Shown: positions 1 through 11,445 of the stretch, in pieces | Numbering within the stretch: the first letter of the stretch is position 1 | Layout: each line of letters starts with the position of its first letter | Assembly (NCBI GenBank): GCA_035221665.1 | Contig: JAVHYY010000112.1 | Location: 372,001-436,000, forward strand | DNA: 64,000 nt | Direction: 5' to 3' | Source: Okamejei kenojei | Lineage: Eukaryota | Notes under the pieces: model-generated | Database searches by the model: none | What the model was told of the DNA's origin: nothing | What the model saw: only the letters and a program-made list of their open reading frames with translations | Program-made: the position numbers and the translations under genes

Positions 1-1320
1 TCGATCCAGATGCTGCTGCAATATTTCACAACCATGTTCACTATCTGCAAAACCACTCACTTTTGTATCATTGGCAAACTTGCTAATATTTCCCTCTATG
101 TTCTCATCCAAATCATTGATGTAGATGACAAACAGTAAAGGGCCCAGCACCGAACCCTGAGGCACACCATTAATCACAGTCTTCCAGTCCGAGAAGCTAT
201 CTTCCACCATCGCCCTCTGCTTCTTTCCATGGAGCTAATTTATTGTCCATTCAGCTAGCTCTTCTTAGATCTATCCTTTCAGAGCAGCCTACTATGTGGA
301 CCCTTGTCCAATGCTTTACTGAAATTCATATACACAACATCGACAGCACTACCGTCGTCAATCTTTTTGGTCACGTCTTCAAAACATCAATCAGATGTGT
401 GAGACACAACCTCCCACGTACAAACCACCATGTTAAATATCCCTACTCAGCCCTTACCCATCCAATGCCTATATAACATATCGATCAGAATGCTATCTCG
501 TAACTTTCCAACTACAGATGTTCAGCTCACCAGCCTATTGTTCGCAGCATTTCCCCTTCAACCCTTCTTGAAAAGAGCCACAACATCTGCCACCTCCTGT
601 CTTCCGGCACCTCTACAGTATTTAAGGATGACTCGTCAATTTCAACCAGGGCTCCCGAAATGTCCTCCCTGGTTTCCTGCAATTTCCACGGATATATCTG
701 ATCAGGCGCTGGAGATTGGGCTCCCTTCATACACGACAGTACGTTCAGTACTGCTTCGACGGTAACACTGAATGCTCTCAAGACACGTCCATTGACTGCC
801 CCCAAATTCCTCGGCCTATTATATTTCTCGTCGGTAAATACAGAGGGGAAATACTCATTGAGGACTTTGTCGATCTCATGTGGCTCCACACAGCGATCAT
901 CGCTTTGATTTTATGAGAGGTCCCACTCTCTCTCTAGTTAACATTTTCCCCCGTATGTGTTTATACAATATTTTGGTATTGTCCTTAATGCTTCTCACCA
1001 GAGCTATCTCCTGTTCCATTTCTGACCTTCTGATCTCCTTTTTTCAGTTTATTCCTTAGTTCCCGAAAGTCCTCCAAGGGCCCACATCATCCCTGCTGTC
1101 TATACCTGTGCCATGCATCCTTCTTGTTCTTGACCAACGCCTAAATTTCCCTCGTCAGCAAAGCCTCCTTACGTTTGCCTGATGTGCCCTTCACTCTAAC
1201 GGGGACGTATATATCATAAACTTTCGTCTGCACACCTTTAAAAACATCCCGCTTGGCCGATGTTCCATTCCCCCAAATAACATGCTCCAGTCAACTCCAA
1301 GTATGCTTTGTTCAAGTTTT
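1..1320 (-). mobile_element. Decayed CR1-type LINE ORF2 fragment
   Basis: ORF 527-889 reads VLNEYFPSVFT...SPAPDQIYP...VPED; 1-420 antisense matches the RT region ([10 protein letters not shown]-like). Many stops and frameshifts. Confidence 0.85.
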
Positions 1321-1644
1321 GTTAAAGGTTGTAGTTGCTCTAGTTCGCCCAGCAACCCTTGTGAGCTGGTTCCATGAACCAATAGCCCGCTGTTTGCAAA
1401 GGTTGCCCTCCGATGCATTTTATAACATTCCCTTTCCACCATTATCTCTCACCTCTTGTCTTCGGCACTCTACTCTTGTACAAATTATATGATCGTCCAC
1501 ATTAACTGAGTTTGAAAATGGCCATCTATTCAAAAGGGTTTAGCAATCGGGTAGCAAAGGTGACAGCCCAAGGAGGTTGTTCGTAAATATATTTAATTAT
1601 TTTCGCCATAGCTCTGGTTAAATAAAAACATACAATCTTCATTA

Positions 1645-2350
1645 TGAATGATGAATGAATGAATACGTTTATTGGCCAAGTATCCATTCAAGGAATTTGC
1701 CTTGGTGCTCCGCCCGCAAGTAATAAATCCATATAGTGAGAGTTAGGAATGACACATAAATATTAAACATTAATAATAAAACAATATCGATTATACATGT
1801 TAATTAAATAATATACCAGAGCAAAATGATTATTCAGTAGAGCTATTACTCGTAGAAAAAAGCTGTTTTTATGTGTTGCTGTGCCAGCTTTGACATTCCG
1901 GAGTCGCCTTCCAGAGAGAAGTGAATCGTAGAGGTTGTGGCCAGGATGAGAGGGGTCAGAGATGACCTTATCCGCTTGTTTCCGTGCCCTTGCCGTGTAG
2001 AGTTCGTCAATCGAGGGACGGTTGCTGGCAATAGCCTTCTCAGCTGATCGGACGAGTCGCTGCGGCTTCCGGATGTATTGCTTGGTGGCTGATCCAAACC
2101 AGGCCATGATGGAGAAGGTGGGGACAGACTCTACGATGGCCGTGCAGAATTGGACCATCATTGGCTATGGCAGATTGTGCTTCGTCGGCTGCCGCAGGAA
2201 GTACACCATGTGTTGTGCCTTTTTGACTGTGGAGTCAATGGTAGCCCCCCATTTAAAGTCGTTGGAGATGATGGTTCACAGGAACTTAAAATACTCCACA
2301 GACGTGACTGTGGTGATGTTGATGGTGAGGGGGAGCTCTCCGAAAGTCTC
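1645..2350 (-). mobile_element. Rex1/Babar-type LINE 3' fragment
   Basis: ORF 1763-2161 FCTAIVESVPTFSIMAWFG...DPSHPGH...LLSGRRLR...KNSFF; upstream EYFKFL; (ATTC)n tail at about 1645-1663. Confidence 0.85.
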
Positions 2351-2354
2351 AATG

Positions 2355-3733
2355 GGCGTGAGGTATTTCGAAAGCAGGGTCAGTATATCTCCGGACCAGA
2401 AACTCCGGGCGACCGTCGGGGTACTGGCGGTACCAGAACAAGGTGTAACCATCCTTGGCAATTGTGCAGGTTAAAATGGCGTTTCCCCCCTCTGTATGTG
2501 TAAGCGAGGTCTTCTCTTGGTTCACGGAATGAGCATCACCCCGACCTAGAACGCGTTAAGCGGAGCGTTCATTTGACATAAATTTTCAAAACTGAACTCA
2601 AAAGACCTGAACGAATATGTTGCAACAATAATTGTATTTACGGCAGAGAGTCAGTCATTACATCTTACAGACGGAGCAAATTTATCGCGACGCTCACTTC
2701 CTCTTTCAACGCAGTGCACCGCCATCGATCACATAACACTCTCCCCTCGTGTTCTATTCTGGAATACAATAGATGTATTTATAATGTCTGATGTATTTAT
2801 AATATTTAGCTCTATTATCCAGTGTGAGGAGCCGTTACATCTTTCCTTGATAAATAATATTCTGTCCCTTCCTGCATGATTTACCGGCGTCCATAGAATC
2901 AAATAGACATAAAGGAGACCTTGAAAGAGGTCGACTGAAAGAAACCTTTCGACCCAACTCGTCCTTGACAACCAAGATGCCCCATCTACGTTAGCCCTAA
3001 TTACCGCGATAGGCGGACATCTCTTTATATCCTTCACTCTCTATGTACCTGTCCAAGTGTCTTTCAGATGCCCATTATAGAACCTGCCTCAACTTCCCGG
3101 CAGCTCAAGTTCAATAAGTGACCACCCTTTGAGTGATAAAATTCCCTTCAGATTACTCTAAAATTATTCCACTTAGATCTATATCCTCTGGATCTAAATC
3201 CTGTCGAACCCCTTTCTGTTGGTGAAGGAAAACGGTGCATTCATCCTATCTATTTTCCATATAATTTCATGCACCTCCATAAGTTCACCTCTGCGCTTCA
3301 AGGAATAAAGTCCCACACTGCCTAACCGATCCATATATCTCAAGCGATCGAATCCGGGTAATATCGTTGTAAACCATCCATACACGCGTTCAGAGAATGC
3401 GCAACCCATCTATACACGCATTCCAGCAGAATGACACCCGTCCCATAGCATTCTTCCCAAACAGAACACAATGCATGAAGTGCGGCTTAATCACCCATGA
3501 TACGGAGCTGCAACTCTTCCAATGTTGATTGCATTGCTCGTTCAACTATTTCTTAAACTTATTTTTCTTACTAGAGCCGCAGAATACGTTTTAGATCGTA
3601 AGTCTGGTTTAACAAATGAGCCAAATAAGTTGAACGACGCCATCCTTCTGCAAAAACGCCACTGTTTACTACAATGAATTTTCTTACTAATAATGAATGT
3701 CGCCCACATGCCAGTATGTACCATGAGGCGCAT
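2355..3733 (-). pseudogene. TCR alpha/delta V pseudogene: leader plus 5' half of V exon, truncated by the Rex1 LINE
   Basis: Leader exon 3733-3688 MRLMVHTGMWATFII with phase-1 donor A|GTAAGA. Acceptor ttctag| before 2545, then RGDAHSVNQEKTSLTHTEGGNAILTCTIAKDGYTLFWYRQYPDGRPEFLVRRYTD, then a stop and LINE sequence. No second Cys or RSS. Confidence 0.88.
2915..3510 (-). mobile_element. CR1 LINE 3' end, inside the V intron
   Basis: ORF 3194-3409 LPGFDRLRYMDRLGSVGLYSLKRRGELMEVHEII resembles the CR1 ORF2 C-terminus. Confidence 0.75.
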
Positions 3734-3828
3734 CTTCGATTCCCGTGGCGGCACAAACCTTGCAGTCTCTCCTGAATATCTTCAGTGCGTCCGTCAGGCA
3801 GAATTGACAGCACTGGTGGGTGCTAGCC

Positions 3829-3836
3829 TGACGTCA
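3829..3836. promoter_or_regulatory. Perfect CRE (TGACGTCA) about 95 bp upstream of the V leader ATG
   Basis: Palindromic TGACGTCA seen directly. CRE-like motifs are established TCR V promoter elements; function here is inferred. Confidence 0.55.
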
Positions 3837-4689
3837 CTTCCAGCAGAGCACCAATAGAACGATGGTTATGTTGTTATCCCCTTCTCACGCAAACAAAAGA
3901 TGTGTGGAAGCACTCTGATTGAGGACAATCTACAATAAGCCATCATCAGCTACAAATTCAAGAACAGCTTCTTACCTGCAATTATAAGATTCTTGAGTGG
4001 ACGTCGCCTAAGCCAAGGATTTATTTTCGATTTATCAGTCTGCCTTGCTGCGATCCGTGCACTTTTAGTTAAACTGCACTTTATCTGAAGCCGTCATATT
4101 TCTTTTAGAGATCGTGTGTGCCGATCTTGCAGGGCCCGTGCGGACTAGGTGTTGGACTTTCCACTGCATTTGATGGAAGCTAGTGGACAGTTATTTATTC
4201 TGGGGGCAAATGTGTGAGTAGCCGTCGTCCGCATTGGATGGAAGTCAGGACGTGGGTTTCCGTCAACGGGACGGCTGCTGCAACTGTTGCAGAGATAGAC
4301 AGTTGCGATGATAAATCTCCCAACACATATGATGGTATGTTTGGAAAATAAAAGTTCGCAGTTCTCGTGATCTTCGGTATTCCCAAATCTGGAACAACCT
4401 CGGGGCACCAGGGCGTGACAGAGCAGCAGCTGGCATTCGATTGGAATATATACGAATAAAGATGCTTCATGGCATTCTTAAATCCTTCACTCGGACACTA
4501 ATAGGCCTTGATGTCGAAACATACCTAAAGACGGGAGATATAATGATGTCTCGGTTTCTGTACCAAAACACTGCGTTGTTGGCCGAGCAGAAACACAGAC
4601 AACGTCTGTCTGCGTTGCTTGAAATCGTGGGGATATACATTTCATGTAGAGATGAGCGACACCGGGCGCTACTCCTACTATTAGCTCAG

Positions 4690-5005
4690 GATAGTTTTTA
4701 GTTTAGAGATACACCGCGGCAAAAGGTATTTTGGCCCACCGTGTCAGCGGCGACGAACCCGCGCACACTAACACTATCCTGCACAGACTAGGCACACATT
4801 TAAATGTATACCAAGCCTATTAACATACACACCGATACGTCATTTATATGGAGTGTGGAAGGTAGCCGACGATCTCCGAGAAGACACACGCTGTCACGGG
4901 GACGACGTATAAACTCCATACAGACAACACCCGTATTCGGGATCGAACCCGGGTCTCCGGAGGTGTGAGCGCTCTAAGGCAGAAACTCGACCGCCGCCTC
5001 AGTGC
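4690..5005 (-). mobile_element. tRNA-derived SINE (HE1-like)
   Basis: Antisense GGCGGCGGTCGAGTT...ACCCGGGTTCGATCC (A and B boxes) and AAACT-type tail. Confidence 0.8.
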
Positions 5006-6614
5006 TCTGCAGGTTATTTAACTTCTCCCTCCCCCATCTGCTATTTGCCAGTCGCCCGGTGGCTAGAAATGTATCACCACCATTCTTGCAAATCAACAAC
5101 TTCCGTCTCCAACCGCTCGCACACAATCACCAGCTGCACCTAAATATTTCCGACAGTTGACACCAGCGCCAAACCGTCCCGCCCTCATTTCCTTCCTCTG
5201 AACTGGTTGTGAACCGCCTTACCTTCTGCAGGAGTTTGCTGCCATGGATATGTGTTGCAACTGTAGGCAAGTGGGTTTTGGGAAATTTGTGTTTCTACTC
5301 GGCCAGCAGTTGTTTTGGACTGCAGAGTGACAGATGCAGCAAACGGAAACATGTCTCTCTGATCCAACCGTTAAACATATCTTGAATTAAAGATCAACGG
5401 GATGTCCGCGGGTCCAATTGGACGCGAGTCTGAGAGCGCATGAATAACGGACGGCAGGAGACTGTCGATAATCAACTCCACAACAGTCGATCGCTGAACA
5501 TGTCCCCATCAACGTCTACATTTACTCAAAATCTGTGCGCATGGCTACACAATCATTTGCGCATGCATGGGTGATAGCAGAAAGCCACTTTGCCTCCGCC
5601 AAGCCATTGCCATCCGTGGAATAAATCATAATTTATCAGTAATTTACCCTTAGTTTAATGAACTTATGTTTTCCCATCTCTACGTCACTGAGCCGTACCC
5701 TATCATAGTAAAACAGAAAACGATGGAAATACTTCGCAGGTCAGGCCGCATCCGTGTGCTGAAAGACAAAGTTAAACTTTGACGTCAAAGGTGCTCCGCA
5801 CAAACCAGAAAGGAGAGGTAAAACACGCCCCTTGACCTGAAAGGTGGCAAGAATAGTAAAGATATAAGAAACTGCAGATTCTGGAATCTGGACCAAAACT
5901 GAAAATGCTAGAGGAACACAGCAGTCTAAACATCATCTGGGGAGGGAAACGATAGGGTCTGAAGAACGGTCCAGACCGCGAAAGTAGTCTGCCCATGCCT
6001 TCCACAGATGCTGCCTGACCAACGGAGTCCCTCCAGCACTTTGTGATTTAGTTGAAAGAAAGCGGTGATGACGGCAGCTTCGCCAATAACCACACCGACA
6101 CTTGCAGTAGAGTGAAATTACGTGATATATTTTATTTACTGAAGTATAAACCGCAACGGGGCACTGTGCCTCGCCATCAAGGCGCATGTGCGATGACGCT
6201 GATGTTAATAAGTAGAAGGCTGGAATGATTCAAGTGGTCAACCAATATCAAGTAATTGGACCCAGCTGTTATCAATCTCAGATCGATCATTCAGTGACAG
6301 GGATCAGAGCAGCAGACAAGGCAGGGGGCGCCGTCACAAACGGTGTGTCACATATTGGGTAAAACCCAAGGCACAGCCGCCATCCGTCTCCGCAGCATTA
6401 CTTTCTTTTGTCATATTCTCAGTTCTGACGAAGGTGTTCTATATGAAATGTTAGTCTTCCAAATAGCGCGACCGGTTCCTGATGAGTTTTTCCAATACCT
6501 TACTTTTAATTCTGATATCTAGAATTTGCTGGGTTATTTGGGTTTCGCTACACCTGGGCGATGCTAGTAATCATCATAATATTAAGCAAATGCCGTGGGA
6601 TCTCACACGTTAGT

Positions 6615-6912
6615 TAAGTTTAGAGGAAGCAGGCCTTTTGGCCCACCGAGTTCACACCGACCAGCGGCCCTCGCACATTGTCCTAAGGATAATAAGGACA
6701 ATTTACATTTATAGCACGCCAATTAAACTACAAACCTATACGTCTTTGGAATGTGGGAGGAAACTGAAGAGCTCGGGGGAAACCCACGCACGTCACGGGG
6801 TGAACGTCCACATTCCGCACAGACAGCATACTTAGTCAGGATCTGACTCGGCACCCGGGGCTCTTGCGCTGCAAGGCAGCAACTCTACCGCTGCGCCACC
6901 ATGCCGCCATTG
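6615..6912 (-). mobile_element. tRNA-derived SINE (HE1-like)
   Basis: Antisense GGTGGCGCAGCGGTAGAGTTGCTGCCTT start; body shared with the other copies. Confidence 0.8.
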
Positions 6913-7573
6913 CGGCACATCTCGAGGATTATTTTATGTGATTCCGCATCGTCTGCTTCATTGGGAAGAGGCATTGTCGCTTGTTTCAGACATATGAACT
7001 ATCATCGTTTTTATGTTGCTTTTGTGCATCTGCGCTGTTTCTTCGCCATTCTTCGCAATTTCCTGTTGACGGCACATTTTGACCCAGACTTTTCCACTAA
7101 ATGTCATTCAATAGTGAGAGGTAATAGACCGGAAAGTGAAGTCGAGATCATTAACGGCCCAACCAACATTGACCGGCGGTGCAGTTTCCCGGAGCAACAT
7201 GGACCGAGACCAGTTCCTATTTCTAATATTCATGGAATAATTCAGTGAAGCCCTGTAATTTTAATTCAAAGGTTTCAAAGTTTTCAAAGGTCTTTTATTG
7301 TCACGTACCAAATAAGGTATAGTGATATGCGATTATCAGAAAGCCATACGATGAAAAGCAATGAGAAACACAATTACATAAAAGTTAACATAAATATCCG
7401 CCACAGCGGATCCGCCACATTCCTCACTGTGATGGAAGGCAAAAAAGTCCAAACTTCTTGCTCCATATTCTCCCGCGGTCGGGGTAGCCGAAGTTTCCTC
7501 CAACCATCCCCCGTTCTCGCCCCCCCCCCCCCCATCCACGCATCCCCCACATAAAAAAGGACAAATAACACTA

Positions 7574-7576
<3 letters not shown>

Positions 7577-7612
<36 letters not shown>
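7577..7612. repeat. (CA)n microsatellite
   Basis: Run of about 18 AC units. Confidence 0.95.
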
Positions 7613-7614
<2 letters not shown>

Positions 7615-8098
7615 TTAAACACAAAGGAAAGAAAGGACAGACAGAATGTAGGCGAGGCAGCCATTGCTGGCGCCACCCGATGGATCAATAAAGCAAACCA
7701 TCGAACCAACAGGGTGGATTTATGATTATTTTCCATTAGTTTACAACCGAAGTTATACATCCACCTTTCCTTCCCCATTATCTCTATTTTTCGACTACAA
7801 ACGCATATAGCTCTTTGCAATCTCACGATGCACTCATTCCGCCGTCTTGTGCAGAAATAACACAGCCAGTCATTTCATTTTCAGCAGCCGCTTTCCTTAT
7901 CCGGAATGTGGCCGCCATTAAAAGCGGATAATACAAATTCCCATGTCCACACTGGAAGCCTTCTTAATAGCGACAAATACACTATTAGACCGTTTCCGTT
8001 ATTCCACTTATCATGTACAATATTGTAATGTTCCTGCGTGAGTGTCTCGGCCTCTTCTGTATGCAGCGCACATGCTGCTTGTGTTGGAAACCTCCGGC

Positions 8099-8137
8099 AG
8101 TTATTGTGCGAGCCCCCAGCCCACTCCCATTACTGTG
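8099..8137 (-). other. 23-RSS of the V segment at 8138-8441
   Basis: Minus strand: CACAGTA + 23-nt spacer + ACAATAACT immediately after the ...CAVR codons. Confidence 0.85.
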
Positions 8138-8441
8138 AGCCTCACTGCACAATGATATACCGCCGTGTCAACCAGCTGTAAATTCGAGATCGCCAAATGA
8201 TACATTTTGCTTGAACGCTGAACGGAATCAGAAAAGCGGGCCCGAGCTAATTCTGCCTTGAAATCTAAATTGGCTTCGGTGAAACGCCCGACCGCAACTT
8301 CCGGTTGCTTGCTTGGGTACTGGCGGTACCAGAATAAGTAAGAAATATCGCCGGTGTATGTGCAGACTAAAGTTGCAGTTTCTCCTTCTGCCCTTGTCAG
8401 CGTGGGATCCCGCTGAGACACAACGTTTCCATTGCTCTGAC
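8138..8441 (-). CDS. TCR alpha/delta V exon, open reading frame (leader uncertain; candidate 9048-9006)
   Basis: Acceptor gttccag|, then QSNGNVVSQRDPTLTRAEGETATLVCTYTGDISYLFWYRQYPSKQPE...ARFS...LAISNLQLVDTAVYHCAVR with both Cys and the conserved Trp. Candidate leader MFRWLFAVLQTRAN with a weak A|GTGTAG donor. Confidence 0.92.
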
Positions 8442-8540
8442 CTGGAACACAGTTAAATAAATCGCGACATGGAACAATAGATTGAACTTAAATAGTGCTA
8501 GCAGGATACTGAGCGAGCAATAGCAGTGAAATAAATATAG

Positions 8541-8860
8541 TGCGGGACAGTTGTGGAGCGGTAGATTTGCTGCCTTAAAGCAATTATAGGGCCAGAGACC
8601 TGGGTTCGATGCTGGTTACGGGTGCTTGTCTGTACGGAGTTTGTACGATATTCCCGCGTCCTGCGTGGGGTTTCTCCGAGAACCTCCGTTTCCACCCACA
8701 CTCTAAGGCGCACAGATTTGTAGGTTAATTGTCTTGGTATAAAAAAATGTCCCTAGTATAGGATGGTATTAATGTGCGGGGATGGTTAGTCGGTGCGAAC
8801 TCTTTGGGGCGAATGGCTTGTATCCGCGCTATGTCTCTAAACTAAATTAAACTAAACTTA
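8541..8860 (+). mobile_element. tRNA-derived SINE (HE1-like)
   Basis: GTGGAGCGGTAGATTTGCTGCCTT...CCTGGGTTCGAT, with AAACT/AAATT tail at about 8838-8858. Confidence 0.8.
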
Positions 8861-9639
8861 CAAAGGAGAATTGTGATTCATGGGTAAATAGGATTGCGCG
8901 TGCATAAATCCCAGGACATGTCTCCACACCTCACATTGACATACACAACTTACATACCTACATTTCACTCGAAGTGAGCACCTATTTATACTGTCCCTGC
9001 TACACTATTTGCACGAGTTTGTAACACTGCAAAAAGCCACCTAAACATTCCACGTAATATTGTTCTCCTCTATGTCCCGCTGGATTATGAGATATGTATA
9101 ACGATAAGCTGCAATTAGAACACAGAACAGAGAAGAGTGTAGGTCCTTCAGCGCACAATATCCGTTCCAAGGTTGACGTAGATAAACAAATCTGCTTTGC
9201 CTGCTTGTCCCGTTCCCCGCCTAGCCATGTGCCTCTCCGTAAATCATTAAATGCCATGATCTTATACGGCTCGACCACGGCTGTCTCGTGTACAAAGCAA
9301 ACTCTGTGTAAAAAGATACCTGCCCTACACCACTCCTTTAAACTTCCTCCCTATCACCTTAACGCTATCCCCTCTTATTCTCGAGATTTCCATCATGGGA
9401 AAAATGTTCGGACAGGCTATGCGCCTCGTAATTTGATGCACTCGTACCAGGTCTCCAGCTTCCAACATTCCCGAAAAAACATTGCAAGGTTTTTTTCAAC
9501 TTCTCCTTATTGGTAATCCATGCAGCATGCTGGTAAATTGATACTAAGCTGGATGCTTTTCCTCTGTGCAACACCTTGATTAGATGTTTGCTTACTCGAG
9601 AATAATTCCCCATTCATTCTGGTGACATAATCTCATGGC

Positions 9640-11160
9640 GATTAGAGACATAGAGTGATGCAGTGTGGAAACAGCCCTTCGGCCCAATTTGCCCGCATCG
9701 GCCGACATGTCCCAGCTGCATTCATTCCACCTGCCCGCGTTTTGTTCATATCCCTCCAAACCTGACCAATCCATGTACCTGTCTAAATGTTGTGATAGTC
9801 CTTGCCTTAACTACCTCCTCCGCCAGCTTGTTCCATACACCCATCACTCTTTGTGTGTAAAAGTTACCCCTCAGATTCCTGTTAAATCTTTTCCCGTTCA
9901 CCTAAATCCATATCCTCTGGCCCACGATTCACCTACTCTGGGCAAGAGACTCTGTATCGACCTTATCTATTCCTTTTATGATTTTACGCAGCTCAATAAT
10001 ATTAGCCCTCAATCTATTGCGCTCCAAACAACGGAGTCCCAGCATACTCAATCTCCCCCGAGAGCTCAGACACTCTAGCCCTGGAAACATCTTTGTCAAT
10101 CTCCTCTGTACCCCTTTCCGGTTGACATCATCTTTCCTATAACATGTTGCCCAGAACTGAACTCAATACTCAATTGCGGCCTCACCAACGTCTTATACAA
10201 CTGCAACACTAACTACCAACTTCTATACTCAATACTCTGACTGATGAAGGCCAATGTACCACACACCTTGTGCGACTCCACATTCAATGAAACACGCACC
10301 TGTACTCCAAGATCCCTCTGCTCTAACCATTCCCTGGATCCCTAGCATTCATTGAGCAGAACCAGCACATGTTCGATTTCCCAAAATGCAACACGTCACA
10401 TTTCTCTGTATTAAATTCAATCAACCATTCCTCAGCCTACCTGGCTAGTCGATCAAGATCCTGTTGCAAATTTGCATAACTATCTCTCCGTATGTAAAAT
10501 CACCCATTTATGTATTATCAGCAAACCTGCCAATCTTGCCGTGCATGTTTTCATCCAAATCATTGACATAGATGAGAAACAGTAACTGGCCGAGCACCGA
10601 ACCCTGAGGCAAATCACTAGTCACAGGCACCCAGTCCAAGAAGCCTCCTTGCGCTATCACCCTCTGCTTCCTTCCATGAAGCCACTTTTCCTTCCATTCA
10701 GCTGTCTCTCCTTGGATCCCATGCGATCTTATCTTCCAGAGTAGACTACCTCTGCGGAACCTTGTCGAATGTTTTGCTGACGTCCATTAATACATATCTG
10801 CAGCTTTGCGCTCATCGACCTTTTTGGTCACGTCTTCCAAAAACACAATCAAATTTGTGAAACACGACTTCCCACGTACAAACCCATGCTCACTATCCCT
10901 AATCAGCCCTCATCCGTCTAAATGCCTGCATATCCCATCGATCGGCATACTCTCGAGTAACCTGCCAACTAAAGATGTTAAGTGCACTGGCCTACAGTTC
11001 CCAGCATCTACCCTGCAGCTCTTATTGAATAGAATCTTAACAATTGTCACCCATCAGTCTTCCGGAACATCTCCAGCATTTAAAGACGACTCGTAAATCT
11101 AAACCAGGGATCCCAAAAATATCTTCCCTTGTTCCCCACATTGTCTTCGGATACATCTTT
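9640..11160 (-). mobile_element. Decayed CR1 LINE (RT plus 3' UTR)
   Basis: Antisense RT motifs ([18 protein letters not shown]) and CR1 3' end MDWSGLEGYEQNAGRW. Confidence 0.8.
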
Positions 11161-11445
11161 GATTATTGTCAAAACAATCTTAATGTGTTATCCATTTAAT
11201 TTCCTCGTTGGTTAGTGGTATCGAATCGTGCAGTAGGCCTTGTGCCAAAGTTGCACATTTGGACCATAAATCATTGAGTCATGGATCTGAGCGGAACGGA
11301 AACAGACCATTCGGCCTTCTTGTCTATTCTGATCCATTTGGCGAATTGAGATGTTTTCATTTGCATGTATTTAGTCCATAGTTCTCCAAAGACTTATCAT
11401 CCATATATCTGATCAAATGTCTTTTAGAAGTCGTAATTCTACCAT

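Noticed and set aside
4195-4470. ORF containing SVTPWCPEV, suggestive of V FR1
   Set aside because: No WYRQ-like or YYC-like motif and no RSS.
5185-5367. ORF with SVTLQ...YPWQQTP resembling an Ig V start, and a leader-like stretch near 6140-6187
   Set aside because: No correctly placed Cys, FR3 motif or RSS; too weak to call.
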